DNA of 64,000 nt from the NCBI GenBank assembly GCA_052327205.1, contig CM126209.1, forward strand, positions 153,326,001-153,390,000, given 5' to 3'. Made by a program: the position numbers and the translations under genes. The notes below the pieces were generated by a model, which was given only the letters and a program-made list of their open reading frames with translations, was not told the DNA's origin and made no database searches. Source of the stretch: Somniosus microcephalus. Lineage: Eukaryota. Positions 51,168-64,000 of the stretch are shown here, piece after piece. The number at the start of each line of letters is the position of its first letter. Position 1 is the stretch's first letter.

Positions 51168-52566
51168 AATATATATTTTTACTGTTGTCACTAAACTAAT
51201 TCACTGTCTAAAAAGCCTCAGTCAAAAGATGGTGAAATAGTTGACTAAAGTGGTTTCAGTTGTGTTTGACTTAACTCGGTATATATGTAGCAATCCAATA
51301 ACAGGAAACCTGCTTTATGAGCATTTGAGATCTACATAGGTAGAGAACTCTGATTTTTATCTGAGAGTTTATCACAGAGAAAAGATAACAGCCAGCGAGG
51401 GAAAAGGAAGCAGAGAAAGAACAGGTGAGCTAAAGGTGGCCAAGATTTAAAGCAATGTACATGTCTTATTTTTTGATCCATTCGATACAAAGCTCCTGGA
51501 GTAAGGAGGAAGGTCTCTGTTTATGACACGTCTCTTCTAATTTCTGCTATGCCAATGTAAACCTGAATTGCCTCTCTCCATTCACGTGCATTTTGCTGGC
51601 TGCACTGTTCCTCCTTTGTTTTTCCCTTGTGCCCTTCTTTCCTGTCTCCTTCCCTTCCTGTTGCCTAGTCACGCCACCTCCTCTTTTCTCCCCTCGTGGC
51701 TAATTTGCCTCCCCCAAGCCATCACTTCTCCTTTACCTTCCTACTCCCCTATCTCCATTCAAGGCTTGAATCCCTCTTGGATATTCCAACAACTACCCCC
51801 TGTGGCGCTCTCAACATTCTCCATCAAGGCACCTGTCGCTGCCTCCTTACGAGCAGCAACGCCAACTGCTCCATCCTCCTCCTCTCACCAGTGTTCCTGC
51901 CCAGCACACCTGCTGGGGGATGACCTTGCCAACTTTCTTCCTATCCTGCTGACCCCGTTCACCATTGCTGCCTTGGACTTGACCAGCAGACCAAAATCAC
52001 TGCCCCTCTCTGCATTTCCCTCCAGAATATCCAAACATTTGCAAACAAGGCCCTCGTCATCCATGACCTTATTGTGGATGATTCCATTGTTGACCTGGCT
52101 CACACGTGGCAATATTTTGTCCCTTACTGAAGCCTCACCACTGGCTAAACTTTCCACCACCTGCCCTGTTTAAATCCCCATGATGGCAGTGTAGTCTTTA
52201 TCATCAAATGACATCTTCGCTTCCCCCTCCTACTTCTCTGGTTTTATCTCCTCCTTCAAGCACCTCACTATTGTTACAATCTGTCCTTTAAAATCCTCTT
52301 TGTCTACTGCCCCTGCAAACATCATCCCAGTTTGACACCGAGATATCCTCCCTCTGCACTGAGTGACTATGCATTCTTAGTGATTTCAATCTTTATCTCC
52401 GTTCCCCTTTCCTTCTTTCCTCTGAATTCAGTTGATGTTCTCCACTCCCTAAACTGCTCCCTCCAAGATAAATTCTCCAACCCATAATCACATCTAGCCT
52501 TCGATCCTGCCATCTACCATGGTCTTGCTACTCCCAATGTTTCTACCACAGGCCATCTCAGACTAC

Positions 52567-54435
52567 GGGGTCAATTTTCTGGCTGCCATCGGGCGGTTTT
52601 TCAGGCGGCCAGGGGCCGAAAATTGGCGAAAAAGCGGGTCGGGCCCCCCCCCCCCCCCCCCGCCTGATTCCCCGCCCCGTCCAACTTTCGGACCGCCGTT
52701 TCCCCGCGACCCACTTCAGTCCCGGCCGCCGCTGGCGGGACTGGTCGTCAGCACACTAATTACCAATTATCAGCTTGTTGAGGTAGTTATTCCGGGGCCA
52801 TTGCAACTTTGGGGCTTTCCCCACATCAAACCCGCCTGCAGGGAACCTCGCTGCTGAGACCTGGCGTGAAGCTTGCCGGCTTGCTAGCTGTCAGCTGCAG
52901 GTTAATCGGAGAAGCTGCGATTTAAAGGGACAGCACTTGTATGTTGAAGGACCTTGTTGCAGTTTTGGGGCTACTTCTTCAAGGCTTAGGCACAGCTGTG
53001 GAAGGTTGGAGCCTCACACACTTCTCCAATGCGATCTCCTGGGAAGCCCCTCTCGCCACCCTCACTCAGCGCTTCCTCAGCGGAGGCACCTACGAGAAGC
53101 ATGGGACACCTTTTTTTCCTTCCCTTCTTGCCATTAGAGGATCTCCAGCAGCAGAGGCGGCAGCCGCAGAAACAGGAACAGCAGGATCAGCAACAGGAGC
53201 ACCAGGCTGCTGCTCACTCACCTGAAGCTGCACAGGCCAGAAGGGGCCAGCGCTTGGAAGTGGCTTGAGAGCACCTTGCTGTGCTTTAGGGGGGACCTGT
53301 TTCTGCACTGGCAGTCCTACTCAGAAGGACTTCCATGAAGGTTTGGTTTCTCTGTTCAACAGATGGCCAACGCTCCTCAAGAGATGTCATTCGCTTATGA
53401 GCACTCACCATGTTTTCCGTACCCTGGTGAGTTATCTCCTCCATGGAGGTTGCCAACCTTTCCATGGTGATGCGTTCATGCACCAATGACTCCACAAAGG
53501 CTCTGCTCATGGTCACTATGGACTCCTCCATTGGCTACACACTCGCAGCGACCCTGGAGACAAAACCTGCCAGAGACTCCTGCATCTGTGCATGGAGATC
53601 CATCACCTCTTCTCTTGCAGATGGACCCAGAGGCAGAGGGTCGACATGCAGCGCAGCTGAGCTGAGCTGGCAGAATCCAGCGCCCTCCGACGAGGACTCT
53701 CCACTGCTGTTCCTGTCTCCAGAATCTGCTGAGGCTCACTTGTGAGCTGTGAAACACCAGGTGACAACACTACTCTATGTCCCAAAGGTCCCCCGAGGTG
53801 TGAGTGTCTGCACTGGTGCTGGGTGTGCTGACGCTGTGCCCTCAGAGGTTGGAGCTTCCTCTGAGGAATCTGGCTGCACAGCCTCTTCCTCCTCCACAGT
53901 GAGGACGGGGGCTCTGGATGGTACTGTGGGGGAGTAAAGGAAGGAGTTAGAGATGTAATGCCAAGGTTCTTCTGGTGACTCACAGTGAGTTGGCATCTGC
54001 TGACACCTGCATCCATGCGGCATTGGTCTCAGTGGGAGTCCTCTTCCTCTCTGACCTAGGGAAGAGGAACTCCCTGTGGGCCCTAACCCCATCCAATAAT
54101 GCCTGCAGTGAAGCCTCGTTGAATTTGGAGGCAGCTCGGGGACTGGCACTGGCCACAGCTGCTGCAGGCTCCTCTGCCATCCTGTATGGTTTGTTTGGAA
54201 GCCTTCAGAGGATGCAGTGCTTGCTATGGACCTTGAAAGCACCATGAATGATGACATCATAATGTGGGGATTTCTGACTCGAATTGGACAATTAGCAAGG
54301 CTTCCCACATGCTGGGAATTAATTGGCCACTTGAGGGAAAATTGCGTGGAGCTGGCTGACACTTTTTTATGTGTGTCAGAAACCCCACATTTGGGGAAAC
54401 CCGACCATTTCCCACACAAGCCGAAAATCGGGGCC
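52567..54435 (-). mobile_element. Harbinger-type DNA transposon derivative with a Myb/SANT-like ORF remnant
   Basis: Imperfect TIRs GGGGTCAATTTTC / GAAAATCGGGGCC and 3-bp TSD TAC. ORF 53980..54180 gives RAASKFNEASLQALLDGVRAHREFLF...AAWMQV. Confidence 0.8.
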
Positions 54436-55821
54436 TACTTCCTTGTATCCCTCATTGCCCTGTCCCCTTCCAACTTCTCTTTCTTTTGTGTTCATGCCTG
54501 AAAGAAACTCTCCTCTAAATCATTTACAACTGCACTTTTCTAAATCTCAACTGCCTAACCTTTGTCACTCCATTAGCCACAGTATTTCTGCAGTCAACAG
54601 TCTGATTATCACTCCTTCATGTCCACTTTTGATGCCATTTTCCCCAGTCAGGGTGAATCCCGCTGCCCCCCCCCCCCCCACCACTGGTACGGCCTCCATT
54701 TCTATCCCTCAAGTTCCTGGGGTGCAGACTTGTGCGTATCTGGAACACAGTTGGTTTTGCCATCTATCACCACATGAAGTGCTATCAGACTTTGGTTCCT
54801 CTGCCAAAGGTGTCAATATTTCATGCTCATCCTGGAGAGCAAAGATAACCCATGGCATTTTTTCCTCCACTTCCAACTCTCTCAAGTCTCTCTCCCCTTC
54901 CTCACCTAAAACACAAGTGTGAGGAGCTCATTGACTCGAGCACTAAGATTGAGACCATCCATTCAACAGTCTTTGCTGCTTTTCCTCTCGCCCCCCCCCC
55001 CCCGCCCTTGCTCACCAAGCCAAACTTCCCCCCTGCCGCAGCCCTGAACCTATATCTTTCTCCAGTTTCCCTATCTCTCCTCATACCAATTTCAAATTCA
55101 TCGTATCTTTCTTATTGGCTTGACTCCCTTTTCACTAAACTCCTGACTGCCCAACTTCCCTTCCTGGCCCTCATTCTAGCTAATATTTTAATTGGTTTCC
55201 TCTTCTTGGGTACTGTGCCTCTCACTTTCAAAACCATCACCGTAACCCCTTTTCAAAAAAGTAACCTCATCCTATCTGTCGGTGCAAACTACCACCACAT
55301 CTCCAACCTCCCTCTCCTAAGTTCTTGAGCATTGTTGTTGCCTCCTAAATCATTGGTCATCTTTCTTGCAATCCTGTGTTTGGATCTCTCCAGTCTGGTT
55401 TCCATCCCTGCTACAGCACTAAAATGGCCCTGACTAAAGTCACAAATGACACCCACTGTAACTGTGACAGTGGTGCATTATCCCTCTCACCTCTTTGCAG
55501 CCTTTGTCATGGACGATTATACCAACCTCCTCCAATGCCTTTCCTCCATTATCTAGCTCTGTAGGATTGCTCTCGCTTGGTTCCACTCTTACCTATCTGA
55601 TCGTAGCCAAAGCACCTGCAGCAATAGCTTCTCTTCCCGCTCCTGCACCATTACCTCTGGAATCACTCAAATCTATCCTTTCCCCCTCCTTCCTCATCTA
55701 CATGCTGCCCCTTGGTGATATCATGCAGAGACATGGCATCAGCTTCCACATGTACGCTGACGACACCCAATTCTACTCCCCAATACCTCTCTCACCTCGA
55801 AGACTGCTTGTCGAACATACA

Positions 55822-56310
55822 AGGCTGAATTTTAGCACACAAAAACAGATGGGTTGGGTTCAGGTCAGATATTTAAATTTAAAAAATCTGGACCCCAACC
55901 CAACCCGCCTCCAACCTGCCCAGTTCCGGGTTTTATGGAGGTGGGACAAGGGACGGGCAGTCAACCTGCTCCCAGGTGATGGGTTGGCAATTTAAATATT
56001 TTAATGAGGTTGGCAGCCTCTGATTTCACTTGCTTTACAGGATTAACTGTGGCTGGCTGGGTTTCCCAGGCTTCGGGAAACCAGGCAGCTAAAGTGAGGG
56101 AGGACAGCTTCGGGGAGAAGCTATGTGCCTTCACAGCACTGCTTGTGGGCCTAGGAGGACCAGGAGCCGCTGCCCCATGAGACCCCCATCCCGTACAAAG
56201 GTCGGGGATTGGACTCCCCTCGGGGATCAGAGACCCGCCCATCCCCCACCTTAAAACTCCCCAACATGCCCCTGCTGCTTACATAAATCACCCCTGTTAA
56301 TATCCAGGCC
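55822..56310. mobile_element. Harbinger-like MITE nested in the L2
   Basis: Imperfect ends AGGCTGAATTTTA / TAATATCCAGGCC and 3-bp TSD ACA. L2 sequence resumes afterwards. Confidence 0.6.
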
Positions 56311-57655
56311 ACAATCTCCTTCAATAAAACATTGGGAAGACTGAAGCCATCATCTTCAGCTCTCGCCACAAACTCCGTACCCTCATTACTGATTCCAAAC
56401 ATCTTTGTGGCCGTTGTCTCAGGACGAACCAGAATGTTTGTTTATAATCTTGACATCCTATTCCACACTGCCTAAGCTTCCAACCTCATGTATTCCCCAT
56501 TACAAAGACCTCCATCTCGGTAACATCATCCGCTTGCGCCCCTGCCTCAACCCATCTTCTGCTGAAACCCTCATACATTCCTTTGTGACTTCCAGACTTG
56601 ACTATTTGAATGAATGCTCTCCTAGCTGGCCGCCCATTCTGCGCTCTCTTAAAAACTTAAGCTCAACCAAAACTCTGTTGACCAAATCTTGTCCTGCAAG
56701 TCCCGTTTGCCCATCACCCCTATCCTGCTGACCTACTCCTCAAATTTAAAATTCTCATCCCTATCCTTGTTACTTCCTTCAACTCTAACCTCCTTCCTCC
56801 CCCCCCCCCCCCTTACAGTTCTCGATTCCTCTGACTGGCGTTTTGTGTATACCTTGCACCCCCCCTCCCTTTACATCACCAACGGTGGCTGTGCCTTCAG
56901 TCACCTAGGCCTCACTCTGAAATTTCATTGCTAAACCCCTCCGCCTTTCCACTTCCATCTCCTCCTTTTAAGACCCTCCTTAAAACCCACCTCTTTGACC
57001 AAACTTTTAGTCACCTTTCCTAATATGTCCTTTGTCTCAGCATCCATTTTTGTCTGATTACGCCTCAACGAAGGCCCAATATAAATGCAAGTTGTTATCA
57101 TAATTTCTAAAAGTTGAATTAATTTGTTTAATTGGTGAAGTATTTCTTTTTTTTTCATCCAGTTGTGATGACCATAAGTTTTGGGAGAGAGGGTTCTTTG
57201 CCATTTCCCAGATCATCACTTGAGGGGGAGAAAGGTGGTCTTCAAAGCCTCATTCTTTCATCTGTTTGGCATTCTATTTTTGAAATTGGCTAGGACACTT
57301 GATGTGTTAAAATATGTAAAAGCGGAAAAATTGATTTTGTCCTGGGATGTTACCCTATAAAGGTAGATATATCTGTGGCACTAAGATGTACTTATCTGCC
57401 TTAACACAAACAGCCAAGGGACAGATATGTGACTCGCAAATATCTCTTCAGTTGTACAGCTGTGTAAATTTATACAACTGACTTAATAATGCTTGGGTAT
57501 ATGAACAAATCAGCTTAATGACTGCAGCAGAAAAATCTGTTTTATAAATGTGAACTTTTCTCTATACAGAAGGGGTGCTGTTGTCATCATACCACACCAG
57601 TTAGAAAAATCAAGATTAACATTGCCTGATGTTTGACTTTGCTCCTTTTGTTTAG

Positions 57656-57836
57656 AGGTCGCTATCTTGTAGCTTTGGGCCGTTCTTGGCATCCTGAAGA
57701 GTTTACTTGCAATCAGTGCAAAATGACCTTGACTGAGGGAGGATTCTTTGAGGAACAGGGCTCTGTGTTCTGTGGAAAATGCTATGAAAACAAGCATGCT
57801 CCCAATTGTGCCAAATGCAAACAGAAGATTATAGGC
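57656..57836 (+). CDS. PDLIM7: PDLIM7 LIM1/LIM2 exon, 181 nt
   Basis: [21 protein letters not shown]...[23 protein letters not shown]. tttag acceptor, gtgagt donor, phase 2 to 0. Confidence 0.97.
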
Positions 57837-57949
57837 GTGAGTAATATTGTACATTTGTAGCTTTAAATACATAAATGATTTGTATAAAGAAAGCCAATTT
57901 GTGAACCAAAAAATATATGCATAGCCTTTAAAATATTCATCAGAAGCGC

Positions 57950-58335
57950 TTTCTCTGGAGTTTAGAAGAATGAGATGTCTTGACAGGGTAGCTGCTGGGA
58001 GGATATTTCCCCTGGCTGGGGAGTCTAGAACCAGGGGCCACAGTCTCAGAATAAGGGGTCGGCCATTTAGGACTGAGAGGAGGAGGAGAAATTTCTTCAC
58101 TCAGAGGGTGGTGAATCTTTGGAATTCTCTACCCCAGAGGGCTGCGGATGCTCAGTCGTTGAGTATATTCAAGACAGAAACCGATACATTTTTGGATATT
58201 AAGGGAATCAATGGATATGGGGGTAGTGCAGGAAAGTGAAGTTGAGGTAGAAGATCAGCCATGATCTTATTGAATGGCGGGGCAGGCTCGAGGGGCCGAA
58301 TGGCCTACTCCTGCTCCTATTTCTTATGTTCTTAT
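57950..58335 (+). mobile_element. CR1 LINE 3' fragment
   Basis: ESRTRGHSLRIRGRPFRTE...FTQRVVNLWNSLPQ and a (TTCTTATG) tail. Confidence 0.9.
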
Positions 58336-58373
58336 TTAAGTGGAAAGCCAGGTAGATGGATCCAAGTCTATTA

Positions 58374-58719
58374 CAGGTTGGACCCCGGTAATCCGGCACC
58401 CTCGGGACCAGGCCGGTGCCGGACCATTGAAAATTCCGAACCACTGAATGTGTCGAAAGTCACCACAAACACCGCCACCACCTGCTCCTCCTCTTCCTGC
58501 TGCTGCCCTCCCTGTGCCGCCCACGGGCTGCTCGGGCTCCATCGCTCCGCCGAGCCGTCGGTGATTCTGCGCGGTCCAGGCGCTGATCCTGACCCGGTGG
58601 CGGTCCCGGGACCCGAGCCGGACCCATCCCAGGGAGGGAATGTGACAGCAGGACCTTCCTCGCGCCAGACCACTGAAGGTGCCGGACCGTCGGGTGCCGG
58701 ATTACCGGGGTTCAACCTG
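58374..58719. mobile_element. Tc1/mariner-pogo-type MITE with captured host sequence (Pack-TIR-like)
   Basis: 28-bp TIRs CAGGTTG(G/A)ACCCCGGTAATCCGGCACCC with one mismatch. TA on both sides (58372-58373 and 58720-58721). Confidence 0.9.
58449..58655 (-). pseudogene. DENND11: Captured fragment resembling the first coding exon of DENND11 (LCHN/KIAA1147)
   Basis: Open minus-strand frame ending QQQEEEEQVVAVFVVTFDT matches the recalled DENND11 motif EEDQVVAVFVVTFDPRSGN. Preceded by low-complexity G/S/P-rich sequence. The match is short. Confidence 0.7.
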
Positions 58720-59601
58720 TATCATGTTTGTTCATTCTCTTAATAGAAGGTTGAATACGCACAGAAGAGTAGCTCTTCTAGATTGAGAATGAGAAACTTT
58801 AAATTGAAAACAAGATATAGGCAAGTTCACCTGGTAATTATCAAATTTAAAAGAATAAACAGTGATGCAATCAATGAACTGTAGATCCGTAGTGTCATTG
58901 ATTTTTGTCTGCTGCAGTAAATGTTGACTAAACAGCAAAATATTGCAATGAAAGGGGTCTTTGTAGCCCAGTAGGTTCTCTATCATTTCACATCTGAGAC
59001 ATCCATCCTTTACTGCTTGGAGAGTCTTTGGTTTGACTGCATGAGTCGTATGTGGAAAAGGGTTTGGGGAATGTCGATCAAACTTCTATTAGGAACAGCG
59101 AAGCAAGAATAGTTTCTATGGGGAAAATACCACACTAATGTCATGGGGCAAATGTACATTGGAAGGACAGAGAAAAAAGAGCTTTACTTTGTACCTGGCT
59201 CAAGCTATACATGGCCTGGGAGTGCTTAATGTCTAAAATAGGAAATTACTTAATTCACCATTACTAACAACCCTCACCTTTTTTGACCTTACAAAAGTCA
59301 AAAGGCAAATGTGGAGCTGTGGTATAAATTTTCACAGTGGCCTAACATAGCCATATTTAATCATTATCATCAAACATGGCTGTACTTGAACTTAGTTTAC
59401 CCCAAAGTGGTGTCAAGAGGCCCACTGCTAATAGATTTTGTTAGATATCTAGATTATTTATCCTAGCCATGTCTAAACAAATATAGTCATTGAATTACTT
59501 GAAGTTAGCTTGTGTGCTAAATTGGCTGAAAAACAAAAAATATATATTTTTCAAAGTGTGAGTTTTCTCTCTCAAAACTAACTTGCATTTCCTGTTTATA
59601 G

Positions 59602-59722
59602 GAAATTATGCATGCCTTGAAGCAGACATGGCATGTTAAGTGCTTTAATTGTGCTGCATGTAAAACCCCCATCCGCAACAAAGCATTTTACATGGAGGAA
59701 GGTCAACCCTACTGTGAGAAAG
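59602..59722 (+). CDS. PDLIM7: PDLIM7 LIM2 exon, 121 nt
   Basis: [40 protein letters not shown]. tag acceptor, G|gtaata donor, phase 0 to 1. Confidence 0.97.
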
Positions 59723-61131
59723 GTAATAGATTATGTACTACAGAAGAATTTGAGAATACTGTCTGGTAAACATGTGCTTGGTCAAAGTTGTATTCGTCAT
59801 CCTTAAGACTAAAGTAACTTTTTGCACAAAAATCAAATGTGTAACTCAATACAGTACATTAATTTAAAAACATTTATTCGCAGACCATTTTAAATGAAGT
59901 TATGGATCTAAACATTCTTGCATATTCATAATATTAAAATTCATTTTGGTAGTATACAGTAACAACTATTTAGAAACTCTGGCAACCAATGTAACATTTA
60001 TACTGTCATCTCATCATTTGTTACAAATCCAATCTAGCCAGCTACCCTTTGAACATGAAGACAAATGGTCTAAAGGCAGTAATGTTTTTCTAAGTCTAAA
60101 ACATGAAGAATAGCAGCAATATACGGTTTAAATGACTGAAAACTCATCTACACAGTAGCATTGTGTCTTTCTAGTCAGAAAAGAATAATTTAGCATGTAA
60201 CCACAAAAGTTCAAAGGCTTGGCTATAAAGTTAATATTACTTGCTCAAAGAAATAATTTGTGGTGAAAGTTTTTTATATTAACAAATCTTTTATATTAGC
60301 ACTGATGGTGAATCAAAAGATTTGCGGTTTTATAACAATAGGAGTGTTTATGCATTTAGGGGATAACCTCACAGCCATTCATTTACAGTGACTGAATAAG
60401 TCATTTTTACTTAAGTGGTAGTCTGAGACATTTTAATGGTGCTTTTGGGCACTGGATTCCATAACTCTGTCCACTTATTCTATGAAAACAGTAAATGAGA
60501 TTTTTTAATATTTATTTATAAAATGTTTGGAGAATATCATTATAAAGGTTGACATTAAAATGTTACAGGAGCTATGCAAGATTTTTAATACATAGATATG
60601 TTTTGTCTTTAAGGAGAAAAAAAATTGAATTTTTATTTTGGGCAGAGTTTTATGTTTGAGCATGTATGACACCAGTTATTGTTACTTGCATGAATATGAA
60701 ATTAAATGGAAAAAGTATGTAACCCTTTTTCAAGAAAAGAAAATCTACATAAATTATCTTCACTATATATGCAAAGGTCCAGAGTTTTGTGTGTTCATCT
60801 GCTTTCCTTTCCTTTTTTCTTCCTATTTTGCCAATTCTGATATTCCTCAGTGGGATGCTATATCTGTCTGACCTTTAGTTAATCAAAAATTCTATTGCAA
60901 CATTTTTGTGTTCTCTTAAAATATGATCCTGGCAAACCTTTTGGCAAATTTGCAAGAGAATCTAAATTCAGAGTTCCCACCTTTTCGATTTGTGGTTGGT
61001 TTTAATTAGGACTGTCTCAGATAATTGGGTTGGATGGACTCCGTGGGGGGTGAGATTATTCTTGGGAGGTAACGCAGAATGGGAGATAGGTAATTGGTAG
61101 TCCATTTTACACTCAATCTGATTTTCTTTTC

Positions 61132-61540
61132 CACTGAAGTCATTATTGAATCTGCTTCTACCACCCTTTTGAATAATACATTCATCCCAACTCATTGAGT
61201 AAAACAATTTCTCCTCATCTCCCCTCTTTTTTTTGCTAATTACCTTAAATCTGTGTCCTCTGATTATTGACCCTCCTGCCAGTGGAAATGATTTCTCCTT
61301 ATTTACTCTCTCAAAACCCCTCGATGATTAATAACACCTCTATTAAATCTCCCTTAACCTCCCTTCTCTGCTCCAAGGAGAACAATCCCAGCTTCTCTAG
61401 TCTCTCCACATAACTCAAGTTTATTATCCCTGATACCACTCCAGTATCCTTCTGCACCCTTTCCAAGGCCTTGCTTCCTTCCTTCCTAAAGTGTGGTGCC
61501 CGGAACCGGACACAATACTCCAACTGAGACCTAAACAGTG
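61132..61540 (-). mobile_element. CR1 LINE fragment
   Basis: EYCVRFRAPHFRK...SYVERLEKLGLFSLEQRR. Confidence 0.85.
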
Positions 61541-61656
61541 ATTTATTAAATGAATAAATGAATAATTATAAAAATGTATCTATAACATTAAAGTCTCTGT
61601 AGTGCACTGTAAAAGTAAATCCAAAACTACATTTTCAATTTATGCAATCTTATTAG

Positions 61657-61772
61657 ACTATGAGAAAATGTTTGGCACTAAATGCCATGGTTGTGACTTC
61701 AAGATCGATGCTGGTGATAGATTTCTTGAAGCTCTAGGGTACAGCTGGCATGACACCTGTTTTGTATGTGCA
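61657..61772 (+). CDS. PDLIM7: PDLIM7 LIM3 exon, 116 nt
   Basis: [39 protein letters not shown], which is diagnostic for PDLIM7 over PDLIM5/LDB3 as I recall them. ttag acceptor, gtgagt donor. Confidence 0.97.
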
Positions 61773-63475
61773 GTGAGTATTAACCTTTTTTTTCTATTCT
61801 CCATCTACTGACCTATTACAGTAGCAATGTAATACATTGACAACTTTACATGTCTCTTATAAGATAAACTTTTAGGAAGATGAAGAACGGAGAGCAATTA
61901 AAGGCCTACTTGATTCAAGAGGCAGCCGTGGTGTAATTGGCAAAGGAGTATTAAAAGATTTTTGTTTTACGTGTGTCAAGATGGCACTTTCTTTTGAAAA
62001 TGGCCACCGCTGAATTTGATGTGTAAGAATGGCCCCTTGAATGCAATTTAAAAACCTTGACTATGTATGTTGGTTATGAATATGACTTAAATGAAGTATT
62101 TTTGTCTAGTTTTAGTTTGGTACCAATCCTTTAATTCAGTCACAATACATAAGCAGTTCAATAAACAGCTACATTCAATACTCCTGTTCCAGCTGCACCA
62201 AAATAAATGTTCCAAAATAAAAGTACTTGCTTTGATCGGCAAGAAGATGGTTTGAGGGAAGGATCCAACCCACCTTTGAACAAAATCATACTGTGCAATT
62301 TACTTAGTTTCTGTAACTAACTGACAATTACTTTTGAATTCAATGGCAGTTTTTCAAATCTATAAATGTTAGTTAAGTATTTTAAGAGCATAGGCTACTC
62401 AAATCATAGGGGTGGAAATTCAGCATTGCTGCACCCATTTTAAGGGTATAAAATGAGCATAACAATGGGAAGGCCCGCTCCCAATTTGCGCATGCATCCG
62501 GGCCACTGCAAAGTTCATCAGGGCTTTTTTTAGTTAGGTGGCCCTGGCAGTGGCTGAAACGAATGCAGGCTTCATTTCAATATGACTATGAGGGCCCACC
62601 GCCACTTTCTGGACCCATCCACGATGGGCCTGCTCTGCTCAGTATTACATGGTCTGCAAGCAGCCTAACCGGCAGCCGCCACCAGAAATACAAGTTTTTT
62701 TTTCATTCTTACCTTGATTTGGAGCTTGGAGGAGCAAGAGTGTTCCTTCTGGCTCCAGAACACTACTGTGGACCGCTGACGGCCTTCCTCCAGTTCTTGT
62801 TCTCCTTTCCTCCCCGCCCCCCCACCTGCCAAACCTTCCAAGGACTTGCTTGAGGGCCACTTCCATGAGGCAAGCAGCTGAAATTCCATCCGGCCACATG
62901 GGCGAGCTACCTCTGGAGGTGCAATAGGCGCTGATAGCTCGCACCGATTATAACAAGGATTAATTTAAGATTGTCCTCGGGCCTCCTATTTCAGTTAGGT
63001 GGCCAAAAATAAGCCATGACTATTTTATCTTTATTTTAAACATCTGATGGGATTCTTTAGTAAAGAGGTTGTAGGTTCAAACCCCAGTCTCCATCAGCCA
63101 TCTTACTTTATGTTGACCATTGTGACCAATGATGTAGCAACAAAATCCTAAGAACACCCCCCCCCCCCCCCCCCCCCCCACACACACACTACTTTGGTTC
63201 TTAAGCATATTATGAGATTATAAATTGTAACATTAGTTTTGATTTAGATCTAGTGTGTATGAAACACAATGCAACTTAAGTTATTTCACATGAACCCTAA
63301 ACTAAACCAGTTTGGAACTCAAGAACTTAAAGGACAAATAGCAAACAATTTTGCTTTTTTTTTTGAAAAATAGAAAACTTTGGCTTTTTGTTTTCATAAT
63401 TTACAGCTTGCTTGATGTGCATTAGCTGTTCTATTATGACATTTTATTATAATGAAATATTATTTCTGGATATTT

Positions 63476-63985
63476 AGAATCTTACAACACAGAAGGAGGC
63501 AATTCGGCCCATCATACCTGTGCCGGCTCTTTGAAAGAGCTGTCCAATTTAGTCCCACACCCCAACTTTCTCCCCATAACCCTGCACATTAGTCATCTTC
63601 AAATACATGTCCAATTGCCTTTTGAAAGTTCCTATGGAATTTGATTTCCCCACCCTATCGGGTAGTACGTTCCAGATCATAACAACCCTCTGTGTGGGGA
63701 AAAAAACATTCTCCTCCTTTTCCCTCTAGTTCTTTTGACAATTATTTTAAATCTATGATCATTGGTTATTGACCCATTTGTCAGAGGAAACAGTTTCTCC
63801 CTACTTGCTCTATCAAAACCCCTCATGATTTTGAATACCTCCATGACGTCTCCCCATAAATTTCAGTGCTCTAAGGAGACCGATCCCAGCTTCTCCAATC
63901 TATCCACATAACTGAAGTCCATCATCCTGGTAAACCTCCTCTGTACCCTATCCAAGGTCTTGACATTCTTCTTAAAGTGAGGGTG
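63476..63985 (-). mobile_element. CR1 LINE 3' fragment
   Basis: acacagaaggaggcaattcggcccatc 3' end and downstream CR1 sequence like 13238 and 32137. Confidence 0.8.
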
Positions 63986-64000
63986 GAGACTGCACAGGAG

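Larger units (their letters stand above)
51700..57095 (+). mobile_element. Long degraded L2 LINE carrying two nested insertions
   Basis: Endonuclease AISDY|FLVS split by an insertion. RT motifs LQSGFHPCYST, HGISFHMYADDTQ, LIHSFVTSRLDY. L2 3' tail. Left boundary approximate. Confidence 0.8.

Noticed and set aside
51568-52173. 201-aa ORF
   Set aside because: Low-complexity sequence in the degraded L2 5' region with no recognisable host protein.
1-64000. CRISPR arrays, rRNA, tRNA genes or prokaryotic operons
   Set aside because: None seen. The tRNA-like boxes near 17290-17345 belong to a SINE.

Overview
Eukaryotic (vertebrate) genomic DNA, most likely from a shark or other cartilaginous fish, judging from the Deu-type tRNA SINE and the CR1/L2/Penelope/Harbinger repeat landscape. 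The whole window lies inside one + strand gene that I read as PDLIM7 (Enigma); the PDZ exons and the last LIM exon fall outside it. I can place eight phase-consistent exons of the long LIM isoform, a LIM-less alternative terminal exon, a 17-nt microexon and a candidate 84-nt cassette exon. The introns are full of transposon fragments. The most notable observation is two apparent DNA-transposon gene captures. A Helitron-like element (A|TC...CTAG|T, 9061-10523) carries a promoter-like module and part of a RAD1 coding exon with its splice donor. A TA-flanked TIR MITE (58374-58719) carries a DENND11/LCHN-like exon fragment. Protein identifications rest on my recollection of the human sequences and need a database search.
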